A stretch of 64,000 nt of DNA from an uncultured delta proteobacterium (GTDB taxonomy: Bacteria > Myxococcota > Kuafuiibacteriia > Kuafuiibacteriales > Kuafuiibacteriaceae), in NCBI GenBank assembly GCA_963803435.1, contig CAWDML010000001.1:2880001-2944000 (forward strand), written 5' to 3'. Under the pieces are notes generated by a model, which had not been told where the DNA came from, ran no database searches, and was given only the letters and a program-made list of their open reading frames with translations. The translations under genes were made by a program, and so were the position numbers. Positions within the stretch are counted from its first letter, which is position 1. Each line of letters starts with the position of its first letter. Shown here piece after piece: positions 9,053 through 17,703 of this stretch.

Positions 9053-10126
9053 ATGCTGACGCGCGCCGCCTACCACGCCCAACACGCTTCGATCCGGCTG
9101 CCGCTGTTCGCCATGCAACAGATGCTGCGCGTGCTCTCGAAGCGCTGGGAGCAGCCCAGCCGGCGCGAGGTGGCGATCATCCAGGCCCGGTATCGGGCCC
9201 TCCTCGAGCAGGACCTCGCGAACGCCGAGCGCGGCCTCTATCCGGAGAGCCTGCTCTTCGAGCTCCCGATGTTCGAGTACGCGAAGACGCTGCCGCGGCT
9301 GGCGCTCGAGTTCGGGCGCGCCATGCGCCGCATGCGCGCGGCCGACTTCAGAGATCTCCCGAAGGACATCGACCTGTCCCGCTACCCGCACTACTTCCGC
9401 CGCACGTTCCACTGGCAGACCGACGGTTATCTGTCGCGCCGCTCGGCCGAGCTCTACGACGTCGGCGTCGAGTTCGTGTTCCTCGGCTCGGCCGACGTGA
9501 TGCGGCGACAAATCATTCCGCCCATCACACGCTGGCTCGAGCGCGAGCACCCGGCGGGCCGTGCGCGGATCCTGGACGTGGCCACCGGGACCGGACGCGC
9601 GCTCTTCCAGCTGGCCAAGACACACCCGAAGCACAAGTACTACGCGCTCGACATCAGCCAGTACTATCTCGACGTCGCCCAGCGCGCGGCGCACGAGAAC
9701 CTCGACATCTCGTTCATCGTGGAGAACGCCGAGGAGATGCCGTTCAAGGACGGGTCGTTCGACGTGATCACCAGCGTCTATCTGTTCCACGAGCTCCCGC
9801 GGAACGCGCGGCGGCGGGTGTTCCGCGAGATGCTCCGCGTGCTGCGGCCGGGCGGGTTGCTGGTGATCGAGGACTCGGCGCAGCTCTCGGAGTCGTCGGA
9901 GATCAGGACCGTGCTCGAGCGCTTCCCGGCCGATCTCCACGAGCCGTTCTATCAGGACTACCTGCGCGACGACCTGGAGGGCGGGCTCGCGGAGTCCGGC
10001 TTTCAGAATCGACGCTGTCCTGCCGACGTTCGTCTCGAAGGTGGTGGTCGCTACCCGTCCCGGCGCCACACCAGGTGGCGAGGCCCGATGAGGGCGGCCT
10101 CTCCGTCGTCGATCAGCCGGCCCTGA
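9053..10126 (+). CDS. Class I SAM-dependent methyltransferase
   Basis: FHWQTDGYLS; ILDVATGTG; FDVITSVYLFHE; RVLRPGG. A probable extra T near 10001 would make the true end ...FVSKVVVATRP..., with the stop at 10091. Confidence 0.85.
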   Translation: MLTRAAYHAQHASIRLPLFAMQQMLRVLSKRWEQPSRREVAIIQARYRALLEQDLANAERGLYPESLLFELPMFEYAKTLPRLALEFGRAMRRMRAADFRDLPKDIDLSRYPHYFRRTFHWQTDGYLSRRSAELYDVGVEFVFLGSADVMRRQIIPPITRWLEREHPAGRARILDVATGTGRALFQLAKTHPKHKYYALDISQYYLDVAQRAAHENLDISFIVENAEEMPFKDGSFDVITSVYLFHELPRNARRRVFREMLRVLRPGGLLVIEDSAQLSESSEIRTVLERFPADLHEPFYQDYLRDDLEGGLAESGFQNRRCPADVRLEGGGRYPSRRHTRWRGPMRAASPSSISRP

Positions 10127-10923
10127 TACTCGCCAGCCTCGACGTCGTAGCGGTGCACGCCGTCGGCGCCGAGGATCAGCAGCACGCCGGCGTCGAGGTC
10201 GAGCGTCAGGCTGATCGGCCTCGGCACGTCTTCGGCGGTGGTGAGGATCTCGGAGCGCTCGAAGCGGTCGCCGGAGAAGCGGACCACGTGCTGGCGAATC
10301 TCGTCGGCCACGTACATCGAGCCGTCGGGACCGAGCTCGATCCCTACCGCGCTCCCGAGCGTCTCGAGCGGTCCGTAGCGCGCGACCTGTTCGCCGCTCT
10401 CGGGGTCCCAGACCTGGATCAGGCCGCCGTCGTCGAGCGAGTACGCGTTGGCGACGAAGACGCTACCATCGGCGGCCACCGCCAGATCGTGTCCGGACCA
10501 GATCCGATCGCGACCGATGTCGCGGATCAGGCGGCCTGACTCGTCGAGTAGGACGAGGTTTCGGGAGTCCTTGCCGAGCACGAGCAGGCGATGATCGCGG
10601 TAGTCGATCTGGACCGGCTCGCGAAGGACGCTCGAGTCGTCGAGCACGACCGCCTCCAGCGCGCCGTCGAGCATCCGGTAGCGGAGGACCTCGTCGCGAT
10701 CGAAGTCGACCGTGTAGAGGAGGCCGTCGTCGTCGAAGGTGGCCGACGAGGGACGGCGCGCGAGCATGTCCGCGTCGAGCGCTGCGCCCGTTCGAGGATC
10801 GAAGGCCCGGATGGCGCCGCCGTCCCGATCCGCGATCCAGAGCGTGGCGGCCGGGAGGGCGCCGCCGCCGCAGCCGCCTCCGAACGCAGCCGCCAGGAGG
10901 AGCAGGGACGAGGCGGCGCGCAT
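10051..10923 (-). CDS. Exported beta-propeller (NHL/SMP-30-like repeat) lipoprotein
   Basis: Signal peptide ending in Cys; repeated blades such as LAVAADGSVFVA and IELGPDGSMYVAD; GGAGG ribosome-binding site. Confidence 0.65.
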   Translation of the reverse strand: MRAASSLLLLAAAFGGGCGGGALPAATLWIADRDGGAIRAFDPRTGAALDADMLARRPSSATFDDDGLLYTVDFDRDEVLRYRMLDGALEAVVLDDSSVLREPVQIDYRDHRLLVLGKDSRNLVLLDESGRLIRDIGRDRIWSGHDLAVAADGSVFVANAYSLDDGGLIQVWDPESGEQVARYGPLETLGSAVGIELGPDGSMYVADEIRQHVVRFSGDRFERSEILTTAEDVPRPISLTLDLDAGVLLILGADGVHRYDVEAGEYQGRLIDDGEAALIGPRHLVWRRDG

Positions 10924-11089
10924 GCCTCCAGTGTCACGTCGCTGTCACCCTCCTGCCATGGTACCGGCCGCGCGTGGAACGACCGCGGGCGGCCGGCAGG
11001 CGCCAAATGGTCGAAATAGGTCGGGTGTCGTCGACTCGCGTGGAACGAGCGGCGGTGGTCGAAGCGCGCCCTTCGACCCCGGATCCCCC

Positions 11090-11497
11090 TCAGCCCGCGA
11101 CGGCGCTGGCCGTTCGCGACGAACCCGCAGGCTCGGCCCCCAGCAGGCGCTCGAGCTCACCGCTCTCGATCAGGCGGATGAGATCGTCGGCGCCGCCGAT
11201 GAAGGTGCGCTTGATGAAGATCATCGGGAAGGTTGGCCAGCCCGTCCACATCTTCAGCGCGGTCCGTGGCCGCCACCTCGACAGGTAGCTCCCGTACTCG
11301 AGGTACTCGTACGCGAGCCCCTTCGCCTCCAGCGCCTTCTTGGCCCGCTTGGGGTGAGGGTTGATCGCCATCCCCACCACGACGATGTCGTGCTTGTCGA
11401 TGGCTTCCTGAACCTCCCGCAGGATTTCCTGGTGGAGGTTCGCGATCTTGTCGTGGATCGCGGGGTGGATGCGTGTCTGTTCGAGGATCGGACGCAC
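11090..11497 (-). CDS. Glutaredoxin-like protein lacking an active-site cysteine
   Basis: 3' end of ORF 11090-12517: GWPTFPMIFI...FIGGADDL...SGEL (Grx cis-Pro and GG motifs). GTG start inferred. Confidence 0.8.
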   Translation of the reverse strand: MRPILEQTRIHPAIHDKIANLHQEILREVQEAIDKHDIVVVGMAINPHPKRAKKALEAKGLAYEYLEYGSYLSRWRPRTALKMWTGWPTFPMIFIKRTFIGGADDLIRLIESGELERLLGAEPAGSSRTASAVAG

Positions 11498-11548
11498 GCC
11501 GCGCACTCTAGCTAGGCAAGCGCCGGACTCTGAGTAGAATCGCGCGCC

Positions 11549-13108
11549 ATGTCGCTGTGGACGAACGGGGACGCACACGTGGTCGCGACCGGCTGGGGCG
11601 TGGCCCGCGCGGAGGGAAAGACGAGCGAGATCTCGCGGTTCTCGACGGAGGGCCTGAAGCGTGATCAGGATCCTCCTCCCGTCGAGCTCCTCGCCGTTCT
11701 GGACCCGGATGGGCGCTCTGCGCTGGTACGCAGGCGCGGAGAGGCGCTCCAGCTCTGGACGGCCGGCGAAGGCTTCAGCGCGGTCGAAGGCCCGATGCTG
11801 CTCGACGCAATCGCGATCGGCGAAGGAGCAGTGCTCGCCGTAGTCGCCGGAAAGGATCGAGCGACGCTCCACCGCTGCAAGGTGGAGGGCGACAGCGTCG
11901 TCGCCGGCGACCCGATCGCGCTCCCCAAGGGCGAGCGCCTCTCCTTCGCCTCGGCCCTCGGTGACGAGGTCGAGCCTCTGTGGCCGGAGGAGGATGACGA
12001 TCGTGACGAGAACGATCCCCCGTTCGACCCGGCCGCGCTCAGCATCCTCTCTCCGGTGACCGGCCACTGGCCCGGACGCGTGCGGCTCTCTGCGAACCGC
12101 TGCGGGATCGCGCTGACGTCGACGTACAGCGGCATGGTGGCGCTCCTCGATCCCAAGTCGCTCAAACCGCAACTCACCTTGCGCGTCCGGACGGAGGAGG
12201 ATCAGCTCGATCTCTTCGCGCTCCCGGTCCCACAGGGCGTGCTGCTGACCCTGGTGGCGAACTTCCGGAACACCGAATATCTGCTGGTCGGGCCCAAGCG
12301 CGAGGTGATGGCGCACCGCCACAAGATGGGCAAGGAGCTGGCCTGGGGCGCGAGCTCGGCGGGGCTCTTGTGGTCGGACGACAAGGTCCTGGTGAACCAA
12401 CAGCTCGGGAGCGCGAACCCATTCTTCATGGCGTTGCCGGGGCTCGCGCCCAAGCAGTTCGGGAAGGAGGAGGCCGTGGTGATCGAGGCCTCCAGCAACG
12501 CGGACGGATCGCGACACGTCCTGGCCACGACGCCCCCCGGCTCGCTGAGGCCCCAGAGCTGGAAGCTGGTCGCGTACGATCCGAGCGCCAAGAAGCTCAA
12601 GGCCGAGAACCTCAGCATGCCGGACTTCAAGCCGCCGCCGCCACCGGTCGCGAAACCGGAGAAGCGCAAGCGCGCGGAGGGCTCACCGGTGCTGGCGATG
12701 CGACCGGACCAGAGCACACCGTGGCGCGCCAACCTGAAGGAGACCACCGCGCTCCGGCTCCAGGTGATGAACCGCGGAGGCCCCCTGGCGGGCATGTACG
12801 TGGAGGTTGCCGGGAACGCGGTCGCGGAGGGGCTGATCGCCTCGGAGGAGGTGACGCTCGGCGGCGCGAAGGGGCAGTTCGAGAAGAAGGGCAGCGCGTT
12901 CCGGGCGGAGATCAGCGACGCGAAGCTGGATGCGCACTTCGCGGACGCGTCGCGGGCCGACCCCGCGCCGTCGATCGAGCTGGTGGTGAAGCTGCGGGCA
13001 GAGCGGCCGGGGAACGGGTTGATGACCGTGCGCGTGGGGCCGCTGGGCGCGACGGGGATCATGGGATCGGCGATGGAGGGGCGGAGCTTTGTAGTGGCTC
13101 CGGGGTGA
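11549..13108 (+). CDS. Hypothetical protein
   Basis: 519-aa ORF with high GC3 codon usage and a Pro/Lys linker; no recognised family. Confidence 0.7.
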   Translation: MSLWTNGDAHVVATGWGVARAEGKTSEISRFSTEGLKRDQDPPPVELLAVLDPDGRSALVRRRGEALQLWTAGEGFSAVEGPMLLDAIAIGEGAVLAVVAGKDRATLHRCKVEGDSVVAGDPIALPKGERLSFASALGDEVEPLWPEEDDDRDENDPPFDPAALSILSPVTGHWPGRVRLSANRCGIALTSTYSGMVALLDPKSLKPQLTLRVRTEEDQLDLFALPVPQGVLLTLVANFRNTEYLLVGPKREVMAHRHKMGKELAWGASSAGLLWSDDKVLVNQQLGSANPFFMALPGLAPKQFGKEEAVVIEASSNADGSRHVLATTPPGSLRPQSWKLVAYDPSAKKLKAENLSMPDFKPPPPPVAKPEKRKRAEGSPVLAMRPDQSTPWRANLKETTALRLQVMNRGGPLAGMYVEVAGNAVAEGLIASEEVTLGGAKGQFEKKGSAFRAEISDAKLDAHFADASRADPAPSIELVVKLRAERPGNGLMTVRVGPLGATGIMGSAMEGRSFVVAPG

Positions 13109-13147
13109 CTCACTCCGAAGACGAACGGTCAGGGTGGGGGCGCGGGA

Positions 13148-14149
13148 TCAGAAGTGGTCAAACCCACCCGGCACCGGCAGCACCGTCCCGTCCGACATCA
13201 CCACCTCGATCTCCGGCTTCACCGTCACCGCGCCGATCAGCGTCACCGGCGTGGCGGTCGCGGCGCAGGTCTCGCGCACGAGGCGCTCGTCCTCGGGCGC
13301 GGCGGAGAAGAGGAGCTCGTAGTCTTCGCCGCCCTCGAGCGCGATCAGGTCGCGGTTGAGGCCCGCCTCGGCGGCGTACTGTTGGACCGCGCCCGAGATC
13401 GGGAGCTTCGCCCCGTCGAGGCGGACGCCGAGGCGCTCGGGCACGAGCAGGCGGCGGAGATCCTTGCCCAGGCCGTCGGAGACGTCGCACATCGCGTGCA
13501 CGACGGCGGCCTTGGCCAGGGCGCGCCCGGCCTTCACCCGGGGCTCGGGGTCGACCAGCATCTCGATCAGCTTCTGGCGGTAGTCGCTCCGCGAGACCTT
13601 GAGGTTCTGCTTCGCGAAGTGAAGGCCCGCCCGGGCGTCGCCGAGGTGACCGGTGACGAAGATGGCGTCGCCGACCTGCGTGCCGCGACGCGTGATCAGC
13701 TCGCTCGGCAGCGCCCGACCGATCACCGTGGCGGTGAGATGGATCGGTCCGTAGGTCCGACTCGTGTTGCCGCCGATGATCGCAACCCCGTGCGAGCGGC
13801 ACTGGTCGCGCACGCCGCCGGCGATGCCTTTCGCGATCTCGAGATCCGTGGATCCGGGGAAGCTCACCGAGAGGAGCACGTAGCGCGGGGCCGCGCCCAT
13901 GGCGGCGATGTCGCTCAGGTTCACCGCGATCAGCTTCCGCCCCACCTGGTGCGGCGTTGCGTACGCCAGATCGAAGTGTACGTTCTCCACCAGGCAGTCG
14001 GTGGTGATCACCGAGCAGTGCTGCGGCGAGACGAACCAGGCGGCGGCGTCATCGCCGTTGCCCACCAGCACCTTGGAGTCGGGCGACCCCGCCTCCGCGG
14101 AGAAGATCTCGATCAGCCCGTCCTCGCCGATCTCTTCGACCGACATCAT
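13148..14149 (-). CDS. thiL: Thiamine-monophosphate kinase
   Basis: GDDAA; NLSDIAAMG; GGNT; DVSDG; GGEDYEL. Confidence 0.93.
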   Translation of the reverse strand: MMSVEEIGEDGLIEIFSAEAGSPDSKVLVGNGDDAAAWFVSPQHCSVITTDCLVENVHFDLAYATPHQVGRKLIAVNLSDIAAMGAAPRYVLLSVSFPGSTDLEIAKGIAGGVRDQCRSHGVAIIGGNTSRTYGPIHLTATVIGRALPSELITRRGTQVGDAIFVTGHLGDARAGLHFAKQNLKVSRSDYRQKLIEMLVDPEPRVKAGRALAKAAVVHAMCDVSDGLGKDLRRLLVPERLGVRLDGAKLPISGAVQQYAAEAGLNRDLIALEGGEDYELLFSAAPEDERLVRETCAATATPVTLIGAVTVKPEIEVVMSDGTVLPVPGGFDHF

Positions 14150-15627
14150 GCGCCGAGCGGCTCCGCGTCCGGCTCACGGTCCGCGGCGGTCGGCTTGGTG
14201 ATCTCGACGTCGGCGGTGTGGGGCGTCTGCGTGGTCGGCTCGAAGATCCGGAGCTCCGCGCGAGCGCCATCGACCACCACGTGATACAGCGAGGGACGCT
14301 CGTTCCCCGGCAGCGCCGGCAGCCAGCAGCCCGTGTTCACGTAGAGGCGGCCCTTCCCCAGATCGGTGAAGCGACGCGAGTGGCTGTGGCCCATCACCAC
14401 CAGCGGCACGTCGAGGATCGCCGCGATCTTCTTCGCCGCCTGCGCCTGCTTGGGCCCGGGGAGGAGGTAGCGCCGGGGTGCCATCCGCTTGTTCACGAGC
14501 CAGGCGCCGGCCGCGATCGCGAGCAGGCCGAGGAGCTCGAGCCAGACGTTGTCGACCACTACCAGGATGAAGAGCGCCATCGCCAGCGCCCCCGCGGCGA
14601 GCGCGATCCGATCGAGGAACAGCAGGCGCGCCAGCTCCGAGAGGTTGCGATTGATCGGCGTGTGGTGAAGAGCGTCGATGTCCTGGAGCTTGCTCTTCGG
14701 CACGCCGAATCGGCGCGCCTCGGCCGCCAGGTGCTTCTCGTGCTCTTTGATGTAGCGCGGCACCAGGCCGTAGGCGAAGCGCCAGGCGTACTGGAGCATG
14801 CGGACGCCCGTGATCACCCCCATCTTGGTGACGTAGATGGTGCCGTTGATCCCGCGCTTCTTCAGCCACTCGAAGTAGTCGCGTATGGTCCACAGATCCG
14901 CGTTGTGCGCGGCGTAGTCGTTCAGCATGTTCACGAAGTAGCGCATCGTGAACGCGAACAAGGGCGTGTCGATCTTCCGCGGGTTGTCCGGGCTGACCGG
15001 ATAGAGCTGGTGGTCGTACGAGCAATAGACGTCGTACTGGTGGCCGTGCTCGACGTAGATCCGCCCCGGCTCGATGTAGCACCAGGGCGAGAAGCTGATC
15101 CGGTCCTGGAAGGCGTTCCGGAGCTCGATCGCCTGATCCACGTCCAGCTTCATGTGCGCGTAGGCGAACGAGGCCATGTTCTTGCGAAAGACGCGCTGCA
15201 CCTTCCGCCAGTGGAACTCGGTGTCGTGATTGCCGCGCACCATCACGATCTCTCCGCCCTCGCGGACGAAGTGCGCGATCCGGCGGAACAGCGCCTCGTG
15301 ATAGCCCATCGTGCGCTCGAGCTTGATCACCGAGCGCTCGGCCTCGTTCCCGAGCCCGAACTGGATCTCCTCGGTGGTGGCCTCGAAGGTGAGGCGGACG
15401 TCGAGCGGTCCCTTGCGTCCCGGCACCACCACCACCTCGACGAAGTCGATGAAGTCGCCGTCGAAGATCAGCCGCCACTCGCTCTCGCGCGCGGACGTGT
15501 AGTGATCGAGGAGGTTGATGAAGGCCTGATCGAACTCCGGATTGGGGCGCTGCACCTCCTGGAAGCCGGTGATCTCTTTGCAGTCACGGCCCAGGTGCAT
15601 GTCGGAGACGATCAGCAGTCGTCTCAT
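14146..15627 (-). CDS. Membrane-anchored calcineurin-like metallophosphoesterase
   Basis: SDMHLG, GDFID, GNHD, EHGH, GHSH; two transmembrane helices before the last motif. Confidence 0.82.
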   Translation of the reverse strand: MRRLLIVSDMHLGRDCKEITGFQEVQRPNPEFDQAFINLLDHYTSARESEWRLIFDGDFIDFVEVVVVPGRKGPLDVRLTFEATTEEIQFGLGNEAERSVIKLERTMGYHEALFRRIAHFVREGGEIVMVRGNHDTEFHWRKVQRVFRKNMASFAYAHMKLDVDQAIELRNAFQDRISFSPWCYIEPGRIYVEHGHQYDVYCSYDHQLYPVSPDNPRKIDTPLFAFTMRYFVNMLNDYAAHNADLWTIRDYFEWLKKRGINGTIYVTKMGVITGVRMLQYAWRFAYGLVPRYIKEHEKHLAAEARRFGVPKSKLQDIDALHHTPINRNLSELARLLFLDRIALAAGALAMALFILVVVDNVWLELLGLLAIAAGAWLVNKRMAPRRYLLPGPKQAQAAKKIAAILDVPLVVMGHSHSRRFTDLGKGRLYVNTGCWLPALPGNERPSLYHVVVDGARAELRIFEPTTQTPHTADVEITKPTAADREPDAEPLGA

Positions 15628-17630
15628 TCCTCGACCACACAGAGGTAGAACTTGTTGTTGCTCTTATCGATGATCTGGAGCTTCTCGCGCTTGTCCGGCG
15701 ATAGCACGCTCTTGAGGGTGTGGTAGCGGGACTGCTCGGTGACGATGAACTCGCGGCCCGGCCGATCGACGAAGGCGCGCATGCGTTCGTTGGCGCCGTC
15801 CTCTTTCACCTGGATGACGCGGTTGCGGCTGTAGAAGGTCTCGCCCCGCCAGTTGAGCTGATAGGCGTAGAGGGGCTCGTCGCCCCTCCGCTCCTCATAG
15901 TAGGTCTTGAACAGGTGCGCTTGGCTCCAGTGCGGCGCCAGCATGTTGAAATGATAGTGGGAGATCCACACGCCGAACACGATGCCGATCGCCCCGAGGG
16001 CGAGGAGTGAGTTGGCCCTTTGACGCAGCGCCCAGGTGGCCGCCAGCGCCACCCCCCCGACCGCGGCCAGCGTGATCAGGAAGATGCGGGGATTGATTTC
16101 GCGGGGATAGTCACGGTCGTACTTGTAGGTGAACAGGTTCACCAGGTGCTGCGGGTCGTTGATCAGATCCCGGATGGCGACCGCGAACACCATGCCCACC
16201 AAGATGCCGGAGTACCCGCTGATCCGCTTCTTCGGGTCCTCGGCCGCCCAGGTCACCCACAGCCCGATCAGGATCGCGTACGCCGGCACGCCCGGGAAGA
16301 TGTAGTGGTGGAACTTGGTCTGGCTCATCGTGAAGAACACGTAGGTCCAGACCGCCCACAGCAGGATGAAGATGGTCATGCGCCGCCGCTGAACGGTGGT
16401 CTCTTCCTCGGGCGTGCGCGCGGCGAGGCCCAGCGCGAAGGGCAGCACCGCGGTCCACGGGAACATGCCGTAGGCGAGCTGCTCGATGAAGTAGGCCATG
16501 CCCGCGCGATCACCGTGAACGCCGGCGCCGACCCGATTGAAGTTGTCGTGAATCCAGAAGCGCTCGACGAACGTCTTGCCCTCTTCGTCCCGGCCCCCGA
16601 ACAGGCTGAGCGCCACGTACCAGGGCGCGCCCACCAGGAGGAACAGCACCCAGCCCACGTAGACCTTGCTGCGCACGAGCAGGCGCCAGTCGCCGGTGAA
16701 GCCCATGTAGAGCAGGACGGTCGGACCGACCACCGCCAGCGGCGCGAGGCCCTTCGACAAGGCGGCCAGCCCGATCATCACGTAGAAGATCGAGAGGTAG
16801 CAGTCGAAGCGGGAGCCCTTGAGCAACAGGTAGCCGATGAACCCCGCCGCCAGCACCGCGGGCGGGATCACCGGCCAGATCGCATCGTGATTGTCGGCGA
16901 GCTGCTCCGCGATCAGCGCCAGCTGCCCGAACACGCACAGCGCGATCGTCGCGGCCACCGACGCCTTCATCCAGGAAGGTGCGACCGAGTCCGGCTCCTC
17001 CGCGAATACGGCGAAGCAGAAGAACGCCAGGCCGATGGTCATGAAGCCGACCAGCGGCATGTCGGCCATCGCCTGCTTGCCGATGAAGATGAAGAACGCC
17101 GAGGTGGCGAGCACCACCACCGCCATCAGGCCCGCGACCCGATCACCGCCGCGCGCCTGCTTGGCCATCTTGTAGACGGCCCAGAGCGTGAAGATGGCGA
17201 CCAGCGCGAACGGCGTCCGGATACCCCACTCGGTCCAGTGGCCCAACGGATCGCCGAGCGGGTGGGCCTCGGCGCCGACCGCGAGCATCCCGGCGGCGAT
17301 CATCCAGATGGGGAGCGCCGGCTTGCTGAAGAAGTAATGGCTCTCCCAGAAGGGGTACACGTAGTCCCCGCGAACGATCATCTCGCGGGCGACCTCGGAG
17401 TAGTGCGGCTCCCAGCAATCCCAGAGCCCGAGCGTCCCCAGGTATGGGAAAAACATCAGAAAACCGATGCCGAAGACGGTGAGGAGCGCCGCCTTCTCCG
17501 TCGGGATGAGGTCGCGGAGACGCTCGAGCCAAGGGGCCGGCTCGGGGCCCTCCGCGTTCTCAGGCACCGTCGAAACCGCTTCGAGCTCCTGCGTTGCGGA
17601 GGGCTCGATCTTCTTCTTGGTCTTGGGCAT
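15624..17630 (-). CDS. GT-C fold glycosyltransferase (ArnT/PMT_2-like, GT39/GT83)
   Basis: LWDCWEPHYSEVAREM; FFSKPAL; DMPL; LSKG; TKFHHYIFP; many transmembrane helices. Confidence 0.85.
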   Translation of the reverse strand: MPKTKKKIEPSATQELEAVSTVPENAEGPEPAPWLERLRDLIPTEKAALLTVFGIGFLMFFPYLGTLGLWDCWEPHYSEVAREMIVRGDYVYPFWESHYFFSKPALPIWMIAAGMLAVGAEAHPLGDPLGHWTEWGIRTPFALVAIFTLWAVYKMAKQARGGDRVAGLMAVVVLATSAFFIFIGKQAMADMPLVGFMTIGLAFFCFAVFAEEPDSVAPSWMKASVAATIALCVFGQLALIAEQLADNHDAIWPVIPPAVLAAGFIGYLLLKGSRFDCYLSIFYVMIGLAALSKGLAPLAVVGPTVLLYMGFTGDWRLLVRSKVYVGWVLFLLVGAPWYVALSLFGGRDEEGKTFVERFWIHDNFNRVGAGVHGDRAGMAYFIEQLAYGMFPWTAVLPFALGLAARTPEEETTVQRRRMTIFILLWAVWTYVFFTMSQTKFHHYIFPGVPAYAILIGLWVTWAAEDPKKRISGYSGILVGMVFAVAIRDLINDPQHLVNLFTYKYDRDYPREINPRIFLITLAAVGGVALAATWALRQRANSLLALGAIGIVFGVWISHYHFNMLAPHWSQAHLFKTYYEERRGDEPLYAYQLNWRGETFYSRNRVIQVKEDGANERMRAFVDRPGREFIVTEQSRYHTLKSVLSPDKREKLQIIDKSNNKFYLCVVEE

Positions 17631-17703
17631 CGCCGTTGTTTCGACCGAGCGGAACGCTAGGGTTCTGCCCGGAGCGTGTCAATCTCAGTATCATCCTCCA
17701 GCG

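Noticed and set aside
10967-11048. parS sites, suggested by CGTGGAAC half-matches
   Set aside because: Only half of the 16-bp palindrome matches and no parAB genes are nearby.
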